Assembly (NCBI GenBank): GCA_029880755.1
Contig: JAOUNW010000002.1
Location: 1 to 46,049 of the forward strand
Length of the DNA stretch: 46,049 nucleotides
Source: Gammaproteobacteria bacterium
GTDB taxonomy: Bacteria > Pseudomonadota > Gammaproteobacteria > Acidiferrobacterales > SZUA-150
Direction of reading: 5' to 3'
Position 1 is the first letter of the stretch. The number at the start of each line of letters is the position of its first letter. The notes beneath the pieces are model-generated. The model saw only the letters and a program-made list of their open reading frames with translations, was not told where the DNA came from and did no database searches. Shown here piece by piece: positions 16,419 through 26,051 of this stretch. The position numbers and the translations under genes were made by a program.

Positions 16419-17501
16419 ATGGCTGACCAAAAGGCGACTCCGCGCCATCCCATTGAAACAGGCTGTCCTGACGCGTTTCAGTACATGCATCCTATTTTTC
16501 TGAAAAACTATGGTAACTGGGCTTATCATGACCGCCCGCGTCCGGGTGTGTTACATCACGTTGCCAAAAGTGGTGATCAGGTCTGGACCGTGCGTGTCGG
16601 TACACAGCGTCAATTAGGGCCCTATGAAATCAATCTGCTGTGCGACATTATCGACCAGTACGCTGATGGTTACGTGCGCTTCACTATTCGCTCCAATATG
16701 GAAGTCATGGTGACAGATGAAGCCAAGGTTCAGCCTCTGATCCAGGCCTTCGAAGACGCCGGTTACCCTGTTGGCGGTACCGGTCCTTCCGTGACTATGA
16801 TCTCTCACACTCAGGGTTGGTTGCACTGCGACATTCCTGGCACGGACGCATCCGGTGTGGTCAAGGCGTTAATGGATGAGTTGCATGACGAGTTCATTAA
16901 TGAGCAAATGCCTAACCGCGTACATATCACCACTTCCTGCTGTCAGATCAACTGCGGCGGCCAGGGTGATATCGCCATTAACGTTCAACATACCAAGCCA
17001 CCCAAGATCAATCACGATCTGGTAGCTAACGCCTGCGAACGTCCGTCCGTCGTGGCACGTTGCCCGGTAGCAGCCATTCGCCCGGCCATGGTCAACGGCA
17101 AGCCCTCTTTGGAAGTTGATGAGAAGAAATGTATCTGTTGCGGCGCCTGCTTCCCACCCTGCCCACCCATGCAGATCAACGATGCAGATTTCACCAAGCT
17201 CGCGATCTGGGTTGGCGGAAAGCACTCCAATGCACGCAGCAAGCCTATGTTCCATAAACTGGTTGCCGCAGGCATTCCTAACAATCCGCCACGCTGGCCC
17301 GAAGCCGCAGCGATTGTTAAGAACATTCTGCGCGTTTACAAAAAAGACGCCCAGGACTGGGAGCGCGTGGGTGACTGGGTTGAACGCATCGGTTGGCCTC
17401 GTTTCTTCGAGTTAACCGAACTGCCGTTTACCAAGTTCCACATCGATAACTGGACCGGTTCACGTTATACGCTGAACGCTTCAACACATATCCGCTTCTA
17501 A
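16419..17501 (+). CDS. dsrB: Dissimilatory (reverse-type) sulfite reductase beta subunit
   Basis: 360 aa with DsrB-type Cys clusters (TSCCQINCGG, CPVAAI, CICCGACFPPCP). It is adjacent to dsrA. Confidence 0.95.
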   Translation: MADQKATPRHPIETGCPDAFQYMHPIFLKNYGNWAYHDRPRPGVLHHVAKSGDQVWTVRVGTQRQLGPYEINLLCDIIDQYADGYVRFTIRSNMEVMVTDEAKVQPLIQAFEDAGYPVGGTGPSVTMISHTQGWLHCDIPGTDASGVVKALMDELHDEFINEQMPNRVHITTSCCQINCGGQGDIAINVQHTKPPKINHDLVANACERPSVVARCPVAAIRPAMVNGKPSLEVDEKKCICCGACFPPCPPMQINDADFTKLAIWVGGKHSNARSKPMFHKLVAAGIPNNPPRWPEAAAIVKNILRVYKKDAQDWERVGDWVERIGWPRFFELTELPFTKFHIDNWTGSRYTLNASTHIRF

Positions 17502-17533
17502 GTCGTTAGAAGGCAAGTTACGGGGGAACGACT

Positions 17534-17926
17534 ATGAAGTTTGGAATTATGATTAATGAAGGGCCGTATACGCATCAGGCATCTGATACTGCGTATCACT
17601 TTACCAAGGCGGCCCTGGAAAAGGGTCATGAAATTTTTCGTGTCTTTTTCTATCACGACGGCGTTAATAACAGTACAAGATTGACCACACCACCGCAGGA
17701 CGATCGTCATATTGTCAATCGCTGGTCTGCATTGGCTGAAAAATACAAACTGGATATGGTGGTTTGTGTGGCGGCCGCGCAACGTCGCGGTATCGCCGAT
17801 GCTGATGAAGCCAAGCGCAATGGTAAGGATGCCGACAATCTTGCCCCTACCTTTCGTATTTCAGGCCTTGGGCAATTGATAGAGGCAGGTATTCAATCAG
17901 ATCGCCTTGTTGTATTTGGTGATTAA
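17534..17926 (+). CDS. dsrE: Sulfurtransferase complex subunit DsrE
   Basis: Near-collinear with Allochromatium DsrE as recalled (EGPY.HQASD.AY.F.KAALEKGHEIFRVFFYHDGV ... VVCVAAAQRRG ... LVVFGD). Confidence 0.9.
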   Translation: MKFGIMINEGPYTHQASDTAYHFTKAALEKGHEIFRVFFYHDGVNNSTRLTTPPQDDRHIVNRWSALAEKYKLDMVVCVAAAQRRGIADADEAKRNGKDADNLAPTFRISGLGQLIEAGIQSDRLVVFGD

Positions 17927-17943
17927 CGGCGGAGTTCAAGACA

Positions 17944-18336
17944 ATGAGCGATGACGAAATGATGCAAGAAGGCGGAACAATTAAAAAGTTCTGCTACGTA
18001 AACCGCAAGGCTCCTTACGGAACCGTTTACGCACTGGAATCCCTGGAAGTAGTGTTGATTGGTGCCGCATTTGAACAGGATGTCAGCCTGATTTTTATGG
18101 ATGATGGTATTTACCAATTAAAGAAAAACCAGGACACGTCCGACTCGGATATGAAGAATTTCTCGCCCACTTACCGGGCCCTTGAGATGTACGATGTTGA
18201 GAAACTGTATGTCGAAAAGGAATCCATGGAAGCACGCGGTCTTACTGAAGACGATCTGGTTGTTCCGGTAGAAGTTAAAACCAGCAAGGAAATCAGCGAA
18301 CTAATGGACGAACAAGACGTTGTCTTGAGTTTCTAG
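17944..18336 (+). CDS. dsrF: Sulfurtransferase complex subunit DsrF
   Basis: 130-aa DsrE/F-fold protein in the canonical position between dsrE and dsrH. Confidence 0.85.
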   Translation: MSDDEMMQEGGTIKKFCYVNRKAPYGTVYALESLEVVLIGAAFEQDVSLIFMDDGIYQLKKNQDTSDSDMKNFSPTYRALEMYDVEKLYVEKESMEARGLTEDDLVVPVEVKTSKEISELMDEQDVVLSF

Positions 18337-18346
18337 GAGACCAGAC

Positions 18347-18649
18347 ATGTTATTACATATTGTTAACAAATCACCTTTTATTAATAACTCGCTGGAGAGT
18401 TGCCTGCGCGCAGCCAAGAAAAACAGCGGCGTTTTGTTCATAGAGGATGGTGTATATGGTGCTTTAGATAACACCGCTATCACTCCGCAGGTCAAAAAAG
18501 CCATGAAAGACAAAAAGTTTTTTGTGCTTGCATCTGACCTGAAAGCTCGGGGAGTTTCCGACGGTGTAATCAAAGGGATCGAAGTGGTTGATTACGGCGG
18601 GTTCGTAGACCTGACAACACAATATGACGTTGTTGAGTCCTGGCTGTAA
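18347..18649 (+). CDS. dsrH: Sulfurtransferase complex subunit DsrH
   Basis: 100 aa with N-terminus MLLHIVNKSP, in the canonical position. AGGAG SD present. Confidence 0.85.
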   Translation: MLLHIVNKSPFINNSLESCLRAAKKNSGVLFIEDGVYGALDNTAITPQVKKAMKDKKFFVLASDLKARGVSDGVIKGIEVVDYGGFVDLTTQYDVVESWL

Positions 18650-18683
18650 CTAATATTCATTTAACGTAAAGAGGAGATCGAAA

Positions 18684-19019
18684 ATGTCTAGCATCGATGT
18701 CGGCGGCAAAACCATTGCTGTAGATGAGGAAGGCTACCTGTCTGATCGTAATGATTGGAGCAAGGATGTTGCGGTAATCATGGCTAAGGCTGATGATTGT
18801 GAGCTAACTGATAATCACTGGGAAGTTATCAACTTCCTCCGTGAGTACTACGAAGAATACCAGATCGCCCCGGCGGTTCGCGTTCTGACCAAGGCTATTG
18901 GCAAAAAACTGGGCCCAGATAAAGGCAACAGCAAGTACCTGTACGAACTGTTCCCTTACGGTCCTGCCAAGCAGGCTTGTAAGTACGCCGGTCTTCCTAA
19001 ACCAACTGGTTGCGTTTAA
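18684..19019 (+). CDS. dsrC: DsrC sulfur carrier / sulfite reductase substrate protein
   Basis: 111 aa. The C-terminal arm ...KQACKYAGLPKPTGCV has both conserved Cys, one penultimate and one 10 residues upstream. Strong SD AAGAGGAG. Confidence 0.95.
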   Translation: MSSIDVGGKTIAVDEEGYLSDRNDWSKDVAVIMAKADDCELTDNHWEVINFLREYYEEYQIAPAVRVLTKAIGKKLGPDKGNSKYLYELFPYGPAKQACKYAGLPKPTGCV

Positions 19020-19042
19020 TCACCAGTATGGCAAATAGATAC

Positions 19043-19066
19043 ATTGGGGTGCATTTGTACCCCAAT
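19043..19066 (+). promoter_or_regulatory. Hairpin immediately downstream of dsrC
   Basis: ATTGGGGT (19043-19050), 8-nt loop, ACCCCAAT (19059-19066). There is no clear U-tract, so this is a stabiliser or partial stop rather than a full terminator. Confidence 0.5.
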
Positions 19067-19098
19067 TATCGTGCCATTCATCTACGGTGGAGCAAGTA

Positions 19099-19842
19099 AT
19101 GTCTGCATTGACTATCACTTACGCGATCCTTTTTTACGCTGCCACAGCCATTCTTGTCATTGGCGTCGGCCGCAAGATCTTTATCTATGCGCGCACACCT
19201 GCGCCGCTAAAGATTCCCACTACCCCTGCCCCGCTGACCAAAACCGGCGTGGTCTGGCGTATGTTGAAAGAAGTTACCGTTTTTGAAAGCCTGTTTAAAT
19301 CCAACAAATGGATCTGGATTTTTGGCTGGTTGTTCCATGCGGCGCTGTTTCTGGTGCTGTTCCGCCATATCCGTTATTTCACAGAACCAGTCTGGACTCT
19401 GGTTGCATTGGCGCAACCCTTTGGAAAATACGCTGCCTTCGGCATGCTGGCTGGCCTTGGTGGTTTATGGGCGCGCCGTATATTGGTTGATCGTGTGCGT
19501 TACATCAGCAGCGCATCAGACCATTTTATCCTAATTCTACTGTTGGCCATTGCCGCCAGCGGTGTTGTCATGAAGTTCATCCCGGCGGCTCACACCGACA
19601 TTATTGCACTTAAGGCCTTTTTCCTGGGGCTGATGTATTTTGATCTTCAGCCGCTTCCCGGTGACCCGGTACTTCTGATTCATTTGGCTCTGGTCGCCGC
19701 ACTAATGATTATTTTTCCGATCAGCAAACTGTTGCATGCGCCCGGGGTCTTTTTCAGTCCGACTCGCAACCAGGTCGACAATGCCCGTGAACATCGTCAC
19801 GTGGCCGGCTGGACAGCTGCTGAAACACCAGGAAAACCATAA
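19099..19842 (+). CDS. dsrM: DsrM, NarI-like dihaem b membrane subunit
   Basis: Polytopic membrane protein in the canonical position. The ATG at 19099 is preceded by GGAG (19089-19092). The listed ORF begins at the GTG at 19087. Confidence 0.9.
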   Translation: MSALTITYAILFYAATAILVIGVGRKIFIYARTPAPLKIPTTPAPLTKTGVVWRMLKEVTVFESLFKSNKWIWIFGWLFHAALFLVLFRHIRYFTEPVWTLVALAQPFGKYAAFGMLAGLGGLWARRILVDRVRYISSASDHFILILLLAIAASGVVMKFIPAAHTDIIALKAFFLGLMYFDLQPLPGDPVLLIHLALVAALMIIFPISKLLHAPGVFFSPTRNQVDNAREHRHVAGWTAAETPGKP

Positions 19843-19878
19843 CAATAACCGGAAGAACAAGTTCGAGGAACAACCAAC

Positions 19879-21375
19879 GTGGCTGATTTCGAAATACCGG
19901 CACTAAAAGAATACCCCGTTATCCCTCCCGTAAAGGTAGGGACTATGGCGCATAGCAAGCCTTTCGTTGCCAAACCGGAACATCAGGCGGGCGTTGGCTA
20001 TCCGGGTGAACTGGTGGACAACTGGGAAGAAAAAGCAGTTACCCGCCTGGGTGAATTGGTTAAAGGCTCTCGCGCCCTGCAAGTGTTCCTGGATTCCTGC
20101 GTCAAATGCGGCGCCTGTACTGATAAGTGTCATTACTATCTGGGCACTAGCGATCCAAAAAATATGCCCGTAGCACGTCAGGATCTGCTGCGTAAGGTTT
20201 ATCGGCGCCATTACACCTTTGCCGGAAAACTATTTGGTGCCCTCGGCATGCCTGGCCTGGTGGGTGCGGCGGATATGACCAAGGAAGTACTGGATGATTG
20301 GTACAGTTATTTCCACCAGTGCTCGCAGTGCCGCCGTTGTTCCGTGTTCTGCCCTTACGGCATAGATACCGCCGAAATCTCCATGGCAGCCCGTGAAGTA
20401 ATGGACTCCGTCGGCCTGGGACAAAAATACTGTAACGAGATTCTCGGCAAGGTTCATAAGATTGGTAACAACCTGGGCCTGCCCGAACCTGCCCTGGTTG
20501 ACACGCTTGAGGGTCTTGAAGAAGACGTTAAAGATGACACAGGCGTGGATGTTCGTTTTCCTGTTGATCAAAAAGGCGCTGATGTTTTATTGGTGACTCC
20601 TTCTGCAGATTTTTTTGCTGAACCGCATATCGACGGTCTGATTGGTTATGCAAAAGTATTTCACCAGGCCGGTATAAGCTGGACCCTGAGCTCTTACGCC
20701 TCGGAGGCTGCCAACTTCTCCATGTTCATCGGCAGCGGTGACAATCTGAAGAGTACCGCCATGCGTATTCGTCAGGCGGCGCTGGACCTTGGTGTCAAGC
20801 GTATTGTGGTGGGTGAATGCGGCCATGCCTGGCGCGTTGCCTACAGTTTCTGGAATACATTAATCGGTCCGTTTGATTTTCTGGATCCGAAATATCCAGT
20901 GCCTCAGCACATTTGCGAGGTCACCTATGATCTATTACAACGCGGCGCCCTGAAAATTGATAAAGAAGCCAACGATCACAGAAGAATCACATTCCATGAT
21001 TCCTGCAACGTGTCACGCGCTTCCCGCATGGGCAATATTCCGGGCGGCCAGTTCATTATCCCGCGCGAAATTATTAAATCAGTGGCGAATCATTATTTCG
21101 ACATGCCTGCCAATACCATACACGAAAGCACGTATTGTTGCGGTGGCGGTGGCGGCTTGTTAACAGACGATTTGATGGAGTTACGTATTAAAGGCGCATT
21201 GCCTCGAATGGAAGCGTTGCAACAGGTAGTGGAAGAAAATGACGTCAATTACCTGTGTGCGATATGCGCTATCTGTAAGAGCCAGTTTACCAAAGTACTG
21301 CCCTACTACAAGTTCCCAATGGACATGATAGGCAGTTTGCATCAGTTGGTGAGCACGGCGATTCAGCTGAAATAA
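19879..21375 (+). CDS. dsrK: DsrK, HdrD-like Fe-S catalytic subunit
   Basis: Two CxxCxxC ferredoxin-type motifs (CVKCGACTDKC, CSQCRRCSVFC) and a CCG domain (STYCCGGGGG). GTG start with a GAGGAA SD. Confidence 0.9.
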   Translation: MADFEIPALKEYPVIPPVKVGTMAHSKPFVAKPEHQAGVGYPGELVDNWEEKAVTRLGELVKGSRALQVFLDSCVKCGACTDKCHYYLGTSDPKNMPVARQDLLRKVYRRHYTFAGKLFGALGMPGLVGAADMTKEVLDDWYSYFHQCSQCRRCSVFCPYGIDTAEISMAAREVMDSVGLGQKYCNEILGKVHKIGNNLGLPEPALVDTLEGLEEDVKDDTGVDVRFPVDQKGADVLLVTPSADFFAEPHIDGLIGYAKVFHQAGISWTLSSYASEAANFSMFIGSGDNLKSTAMRIRQAALDLGVKRIVVGECGHAWRVAYSFWNTLIGPFDFLDPKYPVPQHICEVTYDLLQRGALKIDKEANDHRRITFHDSCNVSRASRMGNIPGGQFIIPREIIKSVANHYFDMPANTIHESTYCCGGGGGLLTDDLMELRIKGALPRMEALQQVVEENDVNYLCAICAICKSQFTKVLPYYKFPMDMIGSLHQLVSTAIQLK

Positions 21376-21390
21376 GATAGTTTAAACAAT

Positions 21391-21410
21391 CCGTACGTTA
21401 TAACGTGCGG
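21391..21410 (+). promoter_or_regulatory. Small hairpin between dsrK and dsrL
   Basis: CCGTACG..CGTGCGG inverted repeat: a 7-bp stem including one G-U pair, with a TTATAA loop. Confidence 0.35.
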
Positions 21411-21456
21411 AACTGAACAATACATACACCTAGAGTTTTTAACAGGAGACTGAGTG

Positions 21457-23457
21457 ATGGCAACTCCGGCAGACAAGATGAAAGACAGCGCAAAAGGGCT
21501 TACCTTCCGTAAGTTCAAGGATGGCGATCACAAGCATCGCCCATGGCAGGAGGAAATCTTTAAAGGGGATCATACCCATAAGTGCCCGACCTATGTGCAC
21601 AAGACACCACCTTGCCAGGGCAGTTGTCCGTCAGGTGAAGATATCCGTGGTTGGCTGAATATTGTCCGGGGCATTGAGAAGCCCAGCGGCGATACACCGT
21701 GGCAGGAATACGCCTTCCGCCGCTCAACGGATGCCAACCCATTTCCTTCGGTAATGGGTCGTGTGTGCCCGGCGCCATGCGAAGACGGTTGTAACCGTAA
21801 TGAAGTGGAAGATCATGTCGGCATCAACTCCATTGAACAATTTATCGGTGATTATGCCCTGAGTCAGAAACTGACCTTCGAAGCAGGCAAGGAAACCGGC
21901 AAGAAAGTGGCGGTTGTTGGTGCCGGCCCTGCAGGTCTGGCTGCCGCCTACCAGTTGCGTCGCAAAGGTCACGCTGTCACTATTTTTGATGACCACCCCG
22001 AAATGGGCGGGATGATGCGTTACGGCATTCCCGGTTACCGTACCCCGCGTGACGTACTGGATGGTGAAATGGACCGTATTATTGCTATGGGTGTAGAAAA
22101 ACGTATGAACACCCGTATCGGCAAGGACGTTTCAGTTGAACAGTTAGAAAAAGAATTCGATGCCGTGTTGTTTGCCATTGGCGCCCAGTCCGGACGCGGT
22201 CTGCCTGTGCCTAACGCTGACAAGGCAACCAACTGTATCTCCGGCGTTGCTTTCCTGAGCGCCTTTAATGAAGGCCGCCTGAAAGCGGTATCCGGCAAAG
22301 TTGTAGTAGTGGGTGGTGGCGACACTTCCATTGACGTAGCATCGGTTGCCCGTCGTCTGGGTAAAATTGAAAATATCAACGAAAAAGATCGCCCGGAAAA
22401 CATTGTACTGGGTCATACCGCCCATGATGTTATTGATATAGCTAAACGCCAGGGAGCGGACGTACTGCTGATGTCACGGCAGCCTATTGAAAACATGAAC
22501 GCCGCCAAGCACGAAATCGATGATGCTACCCGCGAAGGTGTTGAAATCAAGGGTTCTTTGACGCCTGTGGAAGTTATCATGGGTGACAATGGCCGTGCCA
22601 AGGCACTACGTGTTGCCAAGCTGGACTACTCCAGTGGCAAACCCGAAGTGGTTGCCGGTTCTGAGTTTGATATCGAATGCGACCTGATTGTGGCTGCCAT
22701 TGGCCAAACCGGTAATCTTCAAGGTCTGGAACAGTTCGGCAACGACCGTGGACTGATGGAAGCGGACAAGCACTTCCAGATGACAAGCCGCCCGGGATTC
22801 TTTGCCTGCGGTGACATTATCCGTCCTCACCTGCTCACAACAGTTATCGGCCAGGCCTCTGTTGCAGCGGAAAGCATTGACCACTACCTGAAACACGAGG
22901 AAATGGTTAAGCGCCCCAAGGTGGATGTACATCATTTCAATCTGCTGGAAAAGCTGCGTGAAACGAATCTGGAACCCGAGTCGTTCAAACCTGAAGGCGA
23001 TGAAAAGGTTCGAGGTATTGACCGTGGCCTACGCGGCACTTCCGAGCAAGGCAAGGCCGTAGGTGGTTACGCTATTCACAATTACGAAGACCGCTCTGCC
23101 GCGGAAATTATCCCTTCTACAGAGTTGTTCCTCGGGCATTTCCAGTATGAAGAGCGTCATCGCCGCTCGGAAAGTGTTCCGGATGCCAACGAAGTATTGG
23201 GACATTTTGAAGAACGCATGAAGGGTCTGTCAGAAGATGATGCCAAGGCGGAAGCAGAGCGTTGTATGAGCTGCGGTATGTGCTTTGAGTGTGACAACTG
23301 CGTGATCTACTGCCCGCAGGATGCCGTTCACCGTACGCCGAAAAATGAATCCACCATGGGTCGTTATGTCTACACAGATTACAACCGCTGCATCGGATGT
23401 CATATCTGCGCCGACGTCTGCCCCACCGGTTACATCAAAATGGGAATGGGAGAATAA
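21457..23457 (+). CDS. dsrL: DsrL, NAD(P)H-dependent oxidoreductase (glutamate synthase small-subunit-like, with C-terminal ferredoxin domain)
   Basis: Dinucleotide-binding motifs VAVVGAGPAGLAAA and VVVVGGGDTSID. C-terminal 2x[4Fe-4S] motifs CMSCGMCFECDNC and CIGCHICADVCP. The ATG at 21457 lies 7 nt after AGGAG. Confidence 0.9.
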   Translation: MATPADKMKDSAKGLTFRKFKDGDHKHRPWQEEIFKGDHTHKCPTYVHKTPPCQGSCPSGEDIRGWLNIVRGIEKPSGDTPWQEYAFRRSTDANPFPSVMGRVCPAPCEDGCNRNEVEDHVGINSIEQFIGDYALSQKLTFEAGKETGKKVAVVGAGPAGLAAAYQLRRKGHAVTIFDDHPEMGGMMRYGIPGYRTPRDVLDGEMDRIIAMGVEKRMNTRIGKDVSVEQLEKEFDAVLFAIGAQSGRGLPVPNADKATNCISGVAFLSAFNEGRLKAVSGKVVVVGGGDTSIDVASVARRLGKIENINEKDRPENIVLGHTAHDVIDIAKRQGADVLLMSRQPIENMNAAKHEIDDATREGVEIKGSLTPVEVIMGDNGRAKALRVAKLDYSSGKPEVVAGSEFDIECDLIVAAIGQTGNLQGLEQFGNDRGLMEADKHFQMTSRPGFFACGDIIRPHLLTTVIGQASVAAESIDHYLKHEEMVKRPKVDVHHFNLLEKLRETNLEPESFKPEGDEKVRGIDRGLRGTSEQGKAVGGYAIHNYEDRSAAEIIPSTELFLGHFQYEERHRRSESVPDANEVLGHFEERMKGLSEDDAKAEAERCMSCGMCFECDNCVIYCPQDAVHRTPKNESTMGRYVYTDYNRCIGCHICADVCPTGYIKMGMGE

Positions 23458-23464
23458 CGCACCC

Positions 23465-23923
23465 ATGACACACACTAACCTCTTTTTGCGAATCAGGTCC
23501 TGGCTCGTGATGCTGATCGCGACTGTTATGCTCCAGGCGACAGCCGGTATTGTTTACGGTGACGGCCACGGAAACTCACGGGTACCGATGCCATCAACGG
23601 AAACCGCCAAAGGGGAAAAGTGTGTTGAGCCGGAAGACGTTATGAAACGCAAGCACATGGAATTTATCCTGCATCAAAGGGATAAAACCATGCACGAGGG
23701 AATCCGAACTAAGCAGTACAGCCTGAAAAACTGTGTAAACTGCCATGCCGACCCGCAGACCCAGAGTGTCCTCGGTAAAGATGGATTCTGTGAAAGCTGT
23801 CACGCCTACGCTGCCGTGAGTATTGATTGCTTTAGCTGTCATACCGACTCTCCGGAAGAGCAGGATGCCGCAGTATCCGGCACCGTGTTCGGCAGCATCT
23901 TTGACAGCAACATAACGAAATAA
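23465..23923 (+). CDS. dsrJ: DsrJ, periplasmic trihaem cytochrome c
   Basis: Signal-anchor segment plus three CxxCH motifs (CVNCH, CESCH, CFSCH). The start was set at the ATG at 23465, after the dsrL stop. The listed 23321 start would overlap dsrL. Confidence 0.9.
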   Translation: MTHTNLFLRIRSWLVMLIATVMLQATAGIVYGDGHGNSRVPMPSTETAKGEKCVEPEDVMKRKHMEFILHQRDKTMHEGIRTKQYSLKNCVNCHADPQTQSVLGKDGFCESCHAYAAVSIDCFSCHTDSPEEQDAAVSGTVFGSIFDSNITK

Positions 23924-23939
23924 AAAAGAGGAATAATAC

Positions 23940-24671
23940 ATGAGCCTCAATCGCCGCGAATTTCTTGGTGCAGGAGCCGCCGCTGTAGCCGGTACCGCTA
24001 TAGCCCCAGGGATTCGACTCATTGAGCTGGCCAGCGCCAGATCTCCAGAAGATGCCGTTTCCATGCAGCAACGCTGGGGCCTGCTGATTGATTCCAGCAA
24101 GTGCGCGGAAAATTGCAGTGCCTGTGTCAGCGCCTGTCATGAAGAAAACGGGGTCACCGACGAAGGTTCTCCCACAACTGACGCCCAGTGGATCCGCAAA
24201 GTCACTGTCAAAAATCCAACCAGCGGTTACAGTCATTCACTACCACTTATGTGTCAGCACTGCGAAAGCCCACCCTGCGCCGACGTCTGCCCTACTGGCG
24301 CATCATTTCGGCGAGCCGATGGCATTGTCCTGGTAGACAAACACATTTGTATCGGCTGCCGCTACTGCATGATGGCCTGCCCTTACAAGGCACGCTCATT
24401 TATTCACGAAACCATTACAGACCAAAAAGCCGATGCGCCACGCGGCAAGGGTACCGTGGAATCCTGCACGCTGTGCGTGCATAAGGTTGACCGCGGCGAT
24501 GGCACAACCGCCTGCGCGGAGGCCTGTAATAAGGAAGGCCATAGCGCAATCCTGTTTGGCGATCTCAATGATGCCAATAGCGAAATCGCCAGGCGCTTGA
24601 AGACCGAAGCCAGCCAGCAGTTGCGTGCTGACCTGAATCTGAACACTGGTGTACGTTACCAGGGCTTTTAA
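23940..24671 (+). CDS. dsrO: DsrO, Tat-exported ferredoxin-like Fe-S subunit
   Basis: Twin-arginine signal (NRREFLGAGAA) and multiple 4Fe-4S motifs (CQHCESPPCADVCP, CIGCRYCMMACP). Confidence 0.9.
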   Translation: MSLNRREFLGAGAAAVAGTAIAPGIRLIELASARSPEDAVSMQQRWGLLIDSSKCAENCSACVSACHEENGVTDEGSPTTDAQWIRKVTVKNPTSGYSHSLPLMCQHCESPPCADVCPTGASFRRADGIVLVDKHICIGCRYCMMACPYKARSFIHETITDQKADAPRGKGTVESCTLCVHKVDRGDGTTACAEACNKEGHSAILFGDLNDANSEIARRLKTEASQQLRADLNLNTGVRYQGF

Positions 24672-24710
24672 TAGCGACAAACACCAACACGGATATTGAG
24701 CGAAATACCC

Positions 24711-25961
24711 ATGAAAAAAGTTCACTACACCATGATTGAAGGTACCAGCCTGGGATTCTGGTCACTACTGGCTATTCTGGGGGCATTTATTGCCGCGGGC
24801 CTGGCCTCCAGCTATTACATGGAGCACCATGGCCATATTGTCACGGGCATGACCAATCAAATCGTCTGGGGCACACCACACGTGTTCGCCGTGTTCCTGA
24901 TTGTCGCGGCATCCGGTGCGCTCAATGTTGCCTCAATCGCCTCGGTGTTTGGCCGTAAACTCTATAAGCCTCTGGGGCGCCTGTCCGCCCTGCTGGCACT
25001 GACTCTGTTAACCGGCGGTCTCGCTATCCTTGTGCTGGATCTTGGCCGTCCCGATCGCTTGATCGTGGCCATGACCTATTACAACTTCAAATCCATCTTT
25101 GCCTGGAACATGATTTTGTATAACGGCTTTTTCGTCATTGTCGGCGCCTACCTCTGGACCATGATGGAGCATCGCATGAACCGCTTTACCAAGGCGGCGG
25201 GCATGGCTGCCTTCATATGGCGTCTAACATTGACTACTGGTACAGGTTCTATCTTTGGTTTTCTGGTAGCACGTCAGGCGTACGATGCCGCCATTATGGC
25301 GCCCATGTTTATTATTATGTCGTTTTCTTTTGGTCTGGCGATCTATTTACTGGTACTGATGTTTGCCTACCGATGGACCGAGCGCCCTCTGGGCGATGCC
25401 GTGGTTTATCGGTTAAAGAACCTGCTGGGCGTATTCGTGGCATCCGTATTGTACTTTACGCTTGCTTATCATCTGACCAATCTTTATGTCACGGAACACC
25501 ATGGTGTGGAAGGTTTTATTTTGCTAGGTAACAACGGCGGGGAAATCTATAGCAAGTTTTTCTGGATCGGACAGATAATTGCAGGCAGCTTGATTCCGCT
25601 GGCATTGTTCTATATGCCTGTATTTGGTAAATCCCGTTTCTTTATAGGCGTTGGTGCCCTGTTGGTTGTTATCGGCGGTTTGTGTCAGATGTTTGTTATT
25701 ATTGTGGGCGGCCAGGCCTACCCCATGTCATTATTCCCCGGTATGGAAGTCAGCAGTTCCTTCGGCGACGGCAAAGTAGCAGACTATAGCGCCAGCCTGC
25801 CAGAGGTAATGTTGGGGCTGAGCGGTATTGCCATTGCCCTGGCAGCCACTGCCTTTGCCATAAAGGTATTGCCATTTTTAGCCACCAGTCTAGCCGATGA
25901 GGTGGCCGATCCTCACTATCAGGCTAATGATGCTGCCACTGGAGCAGAGGCCAGCGCCTAG
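24711..25961 (+). CDS. dsrP: DsrP, NrfD/PsrC-like integral membrane quinone-interacting subunit
   Basis: About 10 hydrophobic helices, in the canonical position after dsrO. I prefer the ATG at 24711 to the listed TTG at 24696. Neither has a good SD. Confidence 0.85.
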   Translation: MKKVHYTMIEGTSLGFWSLLAILGAFIAAGLASSYYMEHHGHIVTGMTNQIVWGTPHVFAVFLIVAASGALNVASIASVFGRKLYKPLGRLSALLALTLLTGGLAILVLDLGRPDRLIVAMTYYNFKSIFAWNMILYNGFFVIVGAYLWTMMEHRMNRFTKAAGMAAFIWRLTLTTGTGSIFGFLVARQAYDAAIMAPMFIIMSFSFGLAIYLLVLMFAYRWTERPLGDAVVYRLKNLLGVFVASVLYFTLAYHLTNLYVTEHHGVEGFILLGNNGGEIYSKFFWIGQIIAGSLIPLALFYMPVFGKSRFFIGVGALLVVIGGLCQMFVIIVGGQAYPMSLFPGMEVSSSFGDGKVADYSASLPEVMLGLSGIAIALAATAFAIKVLPFLATSLADEVADPHYQANDAATGAEASA

Positions 25962-25996
25962 ACCTGGCAGGCCAGCTAGTAACGAGGAGCCAATAT

Positions 25997-26025
25997 TCCG
26001 TTAGAGAGAACGGGTTCTTCGTTTC
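25997..26025 (+). terminator. Weak terminator/attenuator-like hairpin after dsrP
   Basis: TCCGTT-AGAGAG-AACGGG (6 bp including one G-U pair) followed by TTCTTCGTTTC. Confidence 0.3.
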
Positions 26026-26051
26026 AATTAACGAGCCCGCGGAGGTTATCC

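Noticed and set aside
23321-23464. Upstream extension of the dsrJ ORF
   Set aside because: It overlaps the ferredoxin domain of dsrL in another frame. The ATG at 23465 gives a proper signal-anchor N-terminus.
15374-25531. Many 60-130-aa ORFs on either strand overlapping dsr genes (for example 15960..16331, 16869..17255, 22035..22403, 23594..24100, 24396..24725)
   Set aside because: All lie within confidently identified dsr coding regions and have skewed compositions. I treat them as shadow ORFs.
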